A DNA stretch of 64,000 nucleotides from a virus (taxonomy: Duplodnaviria > Heunggongvirae > Uroviricota > Caudoviricetes). Each line of letters starts with the position of its first letter. Position 1 is the stretch's first letter. The DNA lies in IMG/VR virus record IMGVR_UViG_3300029415_000001. One strand, written 5' to 3'. The notes under the pieces are model-generated. The model made no database searches, was not told the origin of the DNA, and saw only the letters and a list, made by a program, of their open reading frames with translations. A program made the position numbers and the translations under genes. Below, piece by piece: positions 56,244 to 64,000 of this stretch.

Positions 56244-59220
56244 TATTTAGCTCCTTTGCCACACCTAATAACAGTTCCAGCAATCCGTCACCATTCATCA
56301 GTGATGCGGCAGCGGCCTCTTTGTCATGATACAACTGAAGAGCCATAGAGAATACTTCCGTTGCTGACGTTTTGGAAATAGTCGGTGATTTCTGCCGAAT
56401 TTTCCCTGAGTTACTCACTGAGACTGGCGGGTATACCTTCGCCATATAAATATTACTCAATCGAGATCTGAAGCACCATTCAGGCTTGCCACGCCCACCT
56501 ATATTGACGAAAGATGGCTTATCCCCTTCAACATTGGCCTTCAGGAATGACCGGGCTTTCTCTAACAAACCAGGGTTACTGTACTCAAGATGATGACCCA
56601 GCTCGTGCCACAGTGCACTTGCATTTTCATCGTTCAAATTGACAGCAACAACACCATTTAGATTTGCATATGCCCTTCCCTGGTGGTGAACCACTTTTGA
56701 TAAGGTCGATATTTTCCCGCCGGTCAGGCGATAAATATCAGCAAGTTCCTTGCGCAGGTCTATCCCACCATTCTGTCCAGCGCGGGCTTCTTCCACTTCT
56801 TCCGTGATAAAAGAGTCGGCCCACTCAAGAGCTTTTTCTTCAGATACGGATGAGTTTGCGATCGCACTGTTCATGGCAGATAACACTTTCTCGTGGACCG
56901 AACCCATACTTCGCTGATTCATTTGCCAGCGTGTCTGCGGGTTATATGAGAATCGCTTAAGTAGTTGGTCAAGCTGCTCAAGTTCTTCTTCACTGACATA
57001 CTTTTTAGCCTCACCAATAATGCCAGGGAGAATATTGCCGTTAGGATTAAACGCTCGCGAAAGGAAGAGTTTCAGCGCCCCCATGCCCTCCGATGCTTCA
57101 ATATCACCAATAACCCGGTTAACAATGGCCGCACTCTTCGGATTAGCATCCGCCAACGCTCTGGCTACGATTTGCAGGGACGATACGACCTCACGCTGCA
57201 TATCAGTCCTGATCTCATCAATAAACTCTGGCGTTATGCCGTGCTCTTTAAGGATATCCCGGCCTTCCGCCGTTACCCCATCGATATCACCGACATGTTT
57301 ATTAACCCGACTTTGCAATGCCTTAAATGCCTTCAGAATTCCACGGGCATCATCCGCTTTACTAACGGCCTTCCTGAATGCTGTCAAGAAGTCTGAGTTA
57401 ACCTCATTTTGTTGATCGGCCCACTGAATGGAGGCATCTTTCATCTCGTCCAGAGTCAGATCACCCAACGCGGTATGGTCTGTGAATATGAGCGACAACC
57501 TCTGAACCATTTCTGCCAATGGTGATGCCGAATGCGCCGCGCTAAGGAATGCTTTCACCCTGGTTGGGCGAATGGAAAACCAGTCAATAGCTGGTGGCAT
57601 ATCTCCGTTTTTTATCGCCTGCGCTATCTCGTCAAAGCCATCGCGCCCAAGGGAGGATGCGTGATTTAACAAGCCGCGAAGTAACGAATTGCTGATACCG
57701 AATAATCGGCACCATTTTTTCACGTCGGCAACAGGCATTCGAACAAAATGCGCAAGCACTTGTACAAGCTGTTCATCCTGGGGATCTTTACGGGAAAGCA
57801 GCCTGATCAGATGAATAATGTCTTTGATGCCGGATGCCCGATGTAATAGCAAACTGGTATATGGAGCAACACCGTTGTAACTACCGCCGGAAACGGACTC
57901 GAAAAGACCGCCGGATATCCCTTGCATGCCTTCGTTTTCCAGTTCCTGAGACACCTGGCGAAGGATATCCTGTAACGACACATCACCACCGCCAAACATA
58001 TCCCCCAGCGCCTGGCACTGGTGCTGTAACTCATCATTGATACGTTGAGCCATCAATTTAAAGGCGGTGGCCATACGCTTCGCGCTACGGTTATTCGCGA
58101 CGATGAACAACGCGAGAGCTTTCACTTCCGGGGCTGTTTCGCTGAACATATCCCCCTGAGCAATAACATCGGTAATATGTTGGCCTGACTCCTTCGATTG
58201 TCTTACCAGGTCTACCGCATCTTTCAATGCCGCCAGCGCCTTTTTATCGAGGCTATCCGCTGTCTCAATGCCATCAACAATAGTTGTCACAGCCTGCTTG
58301 TGCGCTTCTCCTGATAAAGCCTGCATCTGGACAAAATCATTGGCTGCCGCATTAAGCGCCGTCAGAACATTACGCATATCCGGATCAGGTTCTTCTGCAA
58401 CCATCCTTACCAGGCGCGCATCCTTATATGCCTTGGCAAATATCGCGTTTTGTATACGGTCAACAAGTTGCCGTGTTGGTCGCCCATCTTCAGTTACAAG
58501 GCCAGCCGCCTGTGTGGCACCAACTTGCGTCATAAATCCGCGAATAAACGCGTCATTACTGCGGCTAAGCAGATCTCCGCTTTCTGACGGGTTAAACAAC
58601 GCCATCATCGCCGGAGTTATGTTGTCGGTATCAACAAAAGCCTTTTCACTGGCTGCCATTTCCTGAAGATCAGAAATATTTGAGTCCTTGGCAAACTGAA
58701 CGCGGTCAACCTTCGTTAACCGGCGGCGCACCAGTACCGGAGCCGTCATTGATTCAACCTTTTCAGGTCGTATGCCGAATTCGGTCGCATGATCAATCAG
58801 GTACTCACGATACCGATCCGCATTGCCGTCCTGATAGGCTTTGATGATCCCCATGGTCCGTCCATTACCTGACTCAACAGCATTGTCCTCACCAATTATC
58901 GGCGCGCCATGGCTGGATAAACCGGAATCAGTAAGCTGAGCAGGCCGCAAATCTTTGGATATCTGGTTAACTTGAAGAAGGCTGGATGCGCGGGTCCGGT
59001 CGCGCGGCTGAAGTTCCTGGGGATAGTCAGGATTAATTTTCCCATCCAGAGTATTGGATACCAAAAGAGCTGAGGCATCGACGATATCAAACGCTGTTTT
59101 TACCTCGTCTCCCTTCGCTGTCACCACATACGAAACCCGCCCATAATCGGGCAGGTTCTTAAGCAGCTCGATCAGCGTTTCTATGCTGGTGGCCATTACC
59201 ACCTGATCGCTTAAGCTCAT
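56233..59220 (-). CDS. large virion-associated protein of the darA operon (DdrB position, 995 aa)
   Basis: ORF track; HExxH-like motif (WHELGHHLEY) near C-terminus; synteny downstream of darA. Confidence 0.6.
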   Translation of the reverse strand: MSLSDQVVMATSIETLIELLKNLPDYGRVSYVVTAKGDEVKTAFDIVDASALLVSNTLDGKINPDYPQELQPRDRTRASSLLQVNQISKDLRPAQLTDSGLSSHGAPIIGEDNAVESGNGRTMGIIKAYQDGNADRYREYLIDHATEFGIRPEKVESMTAPVLVRRRLTKVDRVQFAKDSNISDLQEMAASEKAFVDTDNITPAMMALFNPSESGDLLSRSNDAFIRGFMTQVGATQAAGLVTEDGRPTRQLVDRIQNAIFAKAYKDARLVRMVAEEPDPDMRNVLTALNAAANDFVQMQALSGEAHKQAVTTIVDGIETADSLDKKALAALKDAVDLVRQSKESGQHITDVIAQGDMFSETAPEVKALALFIVANNRSAKRMATAFKLMAQRINDELQHQCQALGDMFGGGDVSLQDILRQVSQELENEGMQGISGGLFESVSGGSYNGVAPYTSLLLHRASGIKDIIHLIRLLSRKDPQDEQLVQVLAHFVRMPVADVKKWCRLFGISNSLLRGLLNHASSLGRDGFDEIAQAIKNGDMPPAIDWFSIRPTRVKAFLSAAHSASPLAEMVQRLSLIFTDHTALGDLTLDEMKDASIQWADQQNEVNSDFLTAFRKAVSKADDARGILKAFKALQSRVNKHVGDIDGVTAEGRDILKEHGITPEFIDEIRTDMQREVVSSLQIVARALADANPKSAAIVNRVIGDIEASEGMGALKLFLSRAFNPNGNILPGIIGEAKKYVSEEELEQLDQLLKRFSYNPQTRWQMNQRSMGSVHEKVLSAMNSAIANSSVSEEKALEWADSFITEEVEEARAGQNGGIDLRKELADIYRLTGGKISTLSKVVHHQGRAYANLNGVVAVNLNDENASALWHELGHHLEYSNPGLLEKARSFLKANVEGDKPSFVNIGGRGKPEWCFRSRLSNIYMAKVYPPVSVSNSGKIRQKSPTISKTSATEVFSMALQLYHDKEAAAASLMNGDGLLELLLGVAKELNNAD

Positions 59221-59232
59221 CCCTGTTACGCC

Positions 59233-59598
59233 TTATGCTGCCTCTTTAATGTTGGCGGCTATCCATGCCGCCGTGTGCTGTTTAACCTGGTCCAGGTCGA
59301 TGTATGTGCCAACATATTGACTCAAGTCCTGCAAGGTACCGATAAATGCATCTGTGCTCTGATCGACGAATTTATCAGCCAAGAAATCAGCAACCAGTTT
59401 TGGCACACCATCATGTACCGAAGGTTGTTTTTCCTCGCCACTACTGCCGCCGGACGCGCCGTACCCCATCTGTTGCATGATCTGGTCAATTTCATCGCTG
59501 ATATCCAGCAACTCCATGCCACTCGCGGTAGCCGCTTTGGACATCAGAGCATCCAACTTATCGCTGAGATCCATTAACTCAATAGCTGATAGTGTCAT
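59233..59598 (-). CDS. DdrA-position protein (121 aa)
   Basis: ORF track; synteny. Confidence 0.5.
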   Translation of the reverse strand: MTLSAIELMDLSDKLDALMSKAATASGMELLDISDEIDQIMQQMGYGASGGSSGEEKQPSVHDGVPKLVADFLADKFVDQSTDAFIGTLQDLSQYVGTYIDLDQVKQHTAAWIAANIKEAA

Positions 59599-61514
59599 GC
59601 CGCTACCCCCGCTTTCTGGATTGCTACCAACAGATCAGCCAGGTGGCGAGCTGCGCCGTTAACCAGCTCTTCGTTTTCCTCAAAACGTCCGGCAGCCTGA
59701 AGGGCTGCAATCGCTTCCCGGACATTGCCCCGGGCGTTACGGATCTCCGCCATGTCAGTGCTTTGCATATCCATCACGCTATTGAGATATTCAATGGCTT
59801 TATTAGCCTCTGCATCTGCTTCGCTAACCGTTTCATCAGGCTGTGCCGGGACCGGTTCTGGTTGAGTAATCTCACCGACTTCGGCCTGCAATGCATTGAT
59901 CATGCTCTGCACCATTTTCTCGATGCCAGCGCCCCCTGGAAACGCAATATTGGGGAAAGTTTTTTGAAACTGAGTTTTCAGCATTACGCGGAACTCGTCT
60001 GGTGAGCTGGTGGCCAGCTCCAGAGCTTTTTGTGCATATTTGCCAAACGGACCATTAGTAAGTGTCTTCGCCAGGAAGTCGAAAGAATCCTCGCGAGGCA
60101 ATAACTTCAGGTCGTACTCACTCATTTGCTGATCAGAAAGCGGGGTATCGTAAGTAACAATGCCGTAGCGTGCATATTCATAATACGGGTCACCTTCATC
60201 AGGGCGCGGCAGAATTGCTTTGTTACCTTCAGGTATTGCGCCAGGGGCCGCCGGACGCATTTGCAGGGCATATCGATATGCACCTACAGAGACTTCTGGT
60301 TCAGGCAAAGAGCTATCGGTATCCTCCGCTGATTCAGGTTCGACGTTTTCCGGTTTATGTTCTTCTGGTTGGACCAGATATTCCGATACATTACCCGCTT
60401 TATAGGCTTTAAACAGCTTGCCGATCGCATCTGCCATGTCCACACCCTGTATGGATTTAGCCTTGATCATGTACACGCTGCCATCCGAATCGGTTAACTG
60501 GATATACCCTTCGCCGTCCTCAATGAATTGCTTCATTGATGCACCATTACTGAGCGTCACTTCCCCGTTCATATGCATACGATTTTTGATACTGGCAAGG
60601 CGATCCGTCAGCGCGCGAGAGTGCCCACCAGTCATCCCCGCAGGAGCAATGGTATCGCGCCCACCAGTGCGATTGAGCTGATCAATCTCCGTCTGCAAAC
60701 GCTCATTCTCTTCATAAAGAGAATCCGCTTCCGATGCAACAGCGTTAATTTTCTGCTCCAGATCTGCCTTCTGCCCTTCTACCGCTGCCACCTGATCCGC
60801 GAGGTCGCTCATGGCATCCTCTTTCTGGTCACTGTCAGCCTGTAGTTGGGTTATTTCATCAACAAGGGCTTTTTTCTTCTTCTGCGCACGCTGGAATTTT
60901 GCCGAGTTTTTCTCTGCAAGGTTGGCAAGTTTCATGGTGACCTGCGCCAGCGTCATATCACGTCCACTCATCGGAGCAACGGTGTGAGTAACGTCTTTTT
61001 TATTCAGTAAGAACTGGAAAGCAACCAGCGTATCACTATTGGTGATCCGGTTTTCCGCTGTCGGGCTATGAAACAGAATGCTGATAGTCTGACCATCACT
61101 GAGCGGAATAATGGCTGGCAGGACTGGCAGCCCGTTAACGTTACGTGCCCGGCCAATTTCAGCGCCGCCGATCGCGCGCGCGCCGCTCTGGGCCACATCC
61201 CCCGTTTTATCACTCCCCGCAGAGATTCCGGTACCATTCAGCTTCTGGTTCAATGCCCGGACAAATGCCTGCATGGTCCGGTGTAACTGCAAACGAGTAG
61301 AACTAATCGCCTCCAGTAAATCCGTAGCACACCAGTGGATCGGCGTGTCATAGAAGAACGTAGCCTCGATTTCCTCCAGGGTGTTGGATTCCGTCATCAG
61401 ATAGCGGTCCTCACCGGCCATTAATGCGCGATATTCATCATCAGTCACTGGCGGGGGAAGCACGTCAAGCCCAGGTTTAATCGTCACCCCTTTATTGATA
61501 TTGAACTGTTCCAT
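59595..61514 (-). CDS. darA: DarA-like antirestriction/head protein (639 aa)
   Basis: Length and position match P1 DarA as recalled; coiled-coil central region. Confidence 0.7.
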   Translation of the reverse strand: MEQFNINKGVTIKPGLDVLPPPVTDDEYRALMAGEDRYLMTESNTLEEIEATFFYDTPIHWCATDLLEAISSTRLQLHRTMQAFVRALNQKLNGTGISAGSDKTGDVAQSGARAIGGAEIGRARNVNGLPVLPAIIPLSDGQTISILFHSPTAENRITNSDTLVAFQFLLNKKDVTHTVAPMSGRDMTLAQVTMKLANLAEKNSAKFQRAQKKKKALVDEITQLQADSDQKEDAMSDLADQVAAVEGQKADLEQKINAVASEADSLYEENERLQTEIDQLNRTGGRDTIAPAGMTGGHSRALTDRLASIKNRMHMNGEVTLSNGASMKQFIEDGEGYIQLTDSDGSVYMIKAKSIQGVDMADAIGKLFKAYKAGNVSEYLVQPEEHKPENVEPESAEDTDSSLPEPEVSVGAYRYALQMRPAAPGAIPEGNKAILPRPDEGDPYYEYARYGIVTYDTPLSDQQMSEYDLKLLPREDSFDFLAKTLTNGPFGKYAQKALELATSSPDEFRVMLKTQFQKTFPNIAFPGGAGIEKMVQSMINALQAEVGEITQPEPVPAQPDETVSEADAEANKAIEYLNSVMDMQSTDMAEIRNARGNVREAIAALQAAGRFEENEELVNGAARHLADLLVAIQKAGVAA

Positions 61515-61515
61515 G

Positions 61516-62127
61516 TTAATTTCCTGCTTTCAGTTGCTTAAGACGGCGTTTGAGTTCGCCATTTCGGGCCTTTTCGTTATTGAGTCGGCCTGTCTCCTTA
61601 TCCTGCTTCGCCCGCAAATCAGTGATCTGCTGTTGATTGAAAGACACCGAGTTCTGCGCTGATTTATAAGCGGCAACCACCTGAGCATTCCGCTGTTTTG
61701 CCTCTTGCAGGCGCTGAAAGTTGGATTTAACTGCTGGTTTCTTGTCTACCGGATTAGCAACACGCTTCGCTTTGGCGATCAGTGATTTCTGGAATTTTGC
61801 GGAGTTTTTGCGGGCCGCTTGCCCCATGACGGTACCAAGCGTCTTGATATCTGGCGACTGTGCGTTAGGAATAGCTTTTCCATTCAGTTTCACTGCCGAT
61901 ATATCGCCAGTATCGTTTACCTGTATGGCAAGAATTTGTCCGTCGTTAAGAACCAGCTTTGCGGTTTTAACTTTAACCCCATCTTTCGTTGTTGCGCGGT
62001 TGCTGGAGTCAACCTCAATTACCGTAACACCGGTTTTATTGATCGTCGCGATAAGGGATTTCAGCCCCTTTTCATTAACCTGGTCAAAATCGACCGTTGC
62101 ATACTTATTTTTCGTCATCTGACACAT
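61516..62127 (-). CDS. Hdf-position protein (203 aa)
   Basis: ORF track; C-terminal basic coiled coil; synteny between lydB and darA. Confidence 0.5.
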   Translation of the reverse strand: MCQMTKNKYATVDFDQVNEKGLKSLIATINKTGVTVIEVDSSNRATTKDGVKVKTAKLVLNDGQILAIQVNDTGDISAVKLNGKAIPNAQSPDIKTLGTVMGQAARKNSAKFQKSLIAKAKRVANPVDKKPAVKSNFQRLQEAKQRNAQVVAAYKSAQNSVSFNQQQITDLRAKQDKETGRLNNEKARNGELKRRLKQLKAGN

Positions 62128-62548
62128 CCTGTGCGAGATTTATTACGTAACTTCTGCGGATTTGCTGAGTAACAGGGAAAATCCGATACAACGGGTTAAT
62201 GAACGAGTCGCCATGCGTAACCATGACGTTGAAATGCCACAGTCGCTCTCCTTTACCCATATATTCAGTGGGTATGTACAACCATTCACTGTTTTCGCCC
62301 TGTTCAGCCGACGTCAGACAACGTTGTTCGCCTTCAATCACTGTCGTCGGCTTCTGAACATCGCGGATCCAATATCTGACCGTTGCGCCGCGCAAAAACG
62401 GGAATTTAGACCGGTATTTGAACGGCACCCGGATGAAACCCGATTTAATTTCCACATCACCAAGTTCTAAATGCGTGATGTCCTTGCGTTTTAGCAAATA
62501 GCGATCGGCTAAGGCTAACGCAAGAACGCATACACCCCAGCCAATCAT
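62105..62548 (-). CDS. lydB: LydB-like antiholin (147 aa)
   Basis: ORF overlapping the holin gene stop; synteny. Confidence 0.6.
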   Translation of the reverse strand: MIGWGVCVLALALADRYLLKRKDITHLELGDVEIKSGFIRVPFKYRSKFPFLRGATVRYWIRDVQKPTTVIEGEQRCLTSAEQGENSEWLYIPTEYMGKGERLWHFNVMVTHGDSFINPLYRIFPVTQQIRRSYVINLAQDVSDDEK

Positions 62549-62874
62549 TTCCCGCCTCCCTTTTTCACCAAACTTGTAAGAACATTCAGAATGCTATCGA
62601 TATTCACTCGTTTCATCCCTGAAATCACCTCATGACCGTTATTGCTGGCTATCGTTACCATTAAGTACGTAATTGATAACTCCCAGCCCTCGTGTTGCCC
62701 CAATAGGTACGCCACCGCGCCAGCTGTCACTGCAACAAAGATCTCCGTAACCAATCCCAACAAATTGCCAGACTGGCGACCGTCTCGGACATCCATCAGG
62801 AACGTGCCTATCCCACCAATTACTGAAAGCAGGAGCGCAATAGCAACTGGAGCTAATTCCTGTGTGTCAAGCAC
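62545..62874 (-). CDS. lydA: LydA-like holin (109 aa)
   Basis: Small protein with two hydrophobic helices and charged C-terminus. Confidence 0.65.
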   Translation of the reverse strand: MLDTQELAPVAIALLLSVIGGIGTFLMDVRDGRQSGNLLGLVTEIFVAVTAGAVAYLLGQHEGWELSITYLMVTIASNNGHEVISGMKRVNIDSILNVLTSLVKKGGGK

Positions 62875-62941
62875 AAGTTCCCTCCTACGTTGTCAGGAGG
62901 TAATGGTATGCAAAGTAACTTCTCAATCGGTCATTTGTTGC

Positions 62942-63223
62942 TTAAGAGGCATTTCTATTGAGGTACGAATCGATAATCCTTTGTGACTTTTCAAGAATGA
63001 GCCTGTTATTGATGCTGCAAATAATAGTCACGCAATTCTGAAGACTTTCATCCATACCCTTATATTCCGCGAAATACATGCCTATAAAGCCTGCAAGTAC
63101 GGCAGCAATACACTCGGCCATCAATTGCCTGCATGACGCCTCGTAACGTTTTTCACGAACCCCATTCAGAAACGAATGCACCCCGCCAAGGATGGAGAGG
63201 AACATTATTGTGACATCAAACAT
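62942..63223 (-). CDS. holin-like membrane protein, paralog of the LydA-like protein (93 aa)
   Basis: Alignable with LydA-like sequence (LSILGGVHSFLNGVRE...AAVLAGFIGMYFAEY vs LSVIGGIGTFLMDVRD...VAVTAGAVAYLLGQH). Confidence 0.55.
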   Translation of the reverse strand: MFDVTIMFLSILGGVHSFLNGVREKRYEASCRQLMAECIAAVLAGFIGMYFAEYKGMDESLQNCVTIICSINNRLILEKSQRIIDSYLNRNAS

Positions 63224-63350
63224 AACTATTTCCTCAATAGTGAATTAAATCTCATTGGGAAACGGTATGTACTTTGTGATTTCCACACACACAGGTTTTT
63301 GTTAATTAAAATCCGCAGCTTGCTATAAATAACGATAGTGAGCAGAAAAT

Positions 63351-63911
63351 ATGCTAATAGGCTATGTACGCGTATCAACAAATGAACAAAACACTGCTTT
63401 ACAACGAAACGCTCTTGAAAGCGCAGGATGTGAGCTAATTTTTGAGGACAAGGCGAGCGGCAAAAAGGCTGAGCGCCCTGGGTTAAAAAAGGTACTCCGT
63501 ATGCTTTCCAGAGGTGATACCCTGGTCGTATGGAAGTTAGACCGTCTTGGGCGCAGCATGCGTCACTTAGTTGTGCTGGTGGAAGAGCTGCGTGACAGAG
63601 GCATTAACTTCCGGAGTCTCACTGACTCCATCGACACCAGTACACCAATGGGGCGCTTTTTCTTTCACGTAATGGGGGCGCTGGCAGAAATGGAACGTGA
63701 GCTTATCGTTGAACGTACACGCGCTGGACTTGATGCAGCTCGCGCAGAAGGTCGTATAGGTGGGCGTCGGCCTAAATACCAAGAAGAAACATGGCAGCAA
63801 ATGCGGCGATTGCTGGAGAAGGGCATCCCCCGTAAGCAGGTTGCAATCATCTATGATGTGGCTGTTTCCACGCTTTATAAGAAGTTTCCGGCGTCATCAT
63901 TTCAATCCTAA
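63351..63911 (+). CDS. cin: Cin serine DNA invertase
   Basis: 186 aa; catalytic Ser in MLIGYVRVSTNEQ; resolvase/invertase family; matches P1 Cin as recalled. Confidence 0.95.
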   Translation: MLIGYVRVSTNEQNTALQRNALESAGCELIFEDKASGKKAERPGLKKVLRMLSRGDTLVVWKLDRLGRSMRHLVVLVEELRDRGINFRSLTDSIDTSTPMGRFFFHVMGALAEMERELIVERTRAGLDAARAEGRIGGRRPKYQEETWQQMRRLLEKGIPRKQVAIIYDVAVSTLYKKFPASSFQS

Positions 63912-63928
63912 ACCTTGGTTTAAGAGAA
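63901..63928 (+). other. cixL-like crossover site overlapping the cin 3' end
   Basis: TTCAATCCTAAACCTTGGTTTAAGAGAA with central AAACC-TT-GGTTT dyad, typical of Din-family sites. Confidence 0.7.
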
Positions 63929-64000
63929 CTCGGTACCAGCGGTGAAAAGATCCCCCTGTTGAGCACGGCTAACACATGGAGTGCACGCCAGACTTTCAAC

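Overview
The window reads as one contiguous ~64 kb segment of a P1-like phage-plasmid genome. The call rests on an exact 34-bp loxP site (35453-35486) followed by a 343-aa Cre recombinase, the C1 repressor with about 18 copies of its 17-bp operator (ATTGCTCTAATAAATTT-like), the phd-doc addiction pair, pacA with a hexamer-repeat pac site, a 2255-aa DarB-like methyltransferase-helicase, Ban (DnaB-like), a lambda-phosphatase-like Ppp, a SAR endolysin, Cin invertase with cixL, and three tRNAs (Asn-GUU, Thr-UGU, CAU). Gene order matches P1 as I recall it: uhr-hrdC-dmt, tRNAs, ban, a late morphogenesis block, ppp, phd-doc, lpa, pacAB, c1-coi, loxP-cre-cra-ref-mat, lxc-ulx-darB, prt-pro-lyz-ssb, the darA-lydAB operon and cin. 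Against that backbone, several loci look like cargo or rearrangement. (1) A 435-aa standalone SIR2-like protein, AT-rich, sits between mat and lxc where I recall P1 carrying its Type III res-mod; this is the strongest candidate for an undescribed single-gene defence system. (2) A complete Type IC (EcoR124-family) hsdM-hsdS-hsdR system lies between the pap-like gene and phd, with three TAEL repeats in HsdS and divergent target-recognition domains. (3) An immI-type module (C1 operator, structured leader, 73-aa Icd-like, 372-aa Ant-like with an internal RBS and start) lies between pacB and c1. (4) An Lc/NmpC/OmpD-type porin gene downstream of ssb is split by an intact IS10 with a perfect 9-bp target duplication. 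(5) A degenerate IS1-like element carries a C10 tract. The tRNA region also holds an array of degenerate tRNA-like stem-loop repeats. Product names and P1 gene symbols are assigned from motifs, sizes and synteny recalled from memory; no database search was possible, so comparisons to reference P1 need confirmation by alignment.
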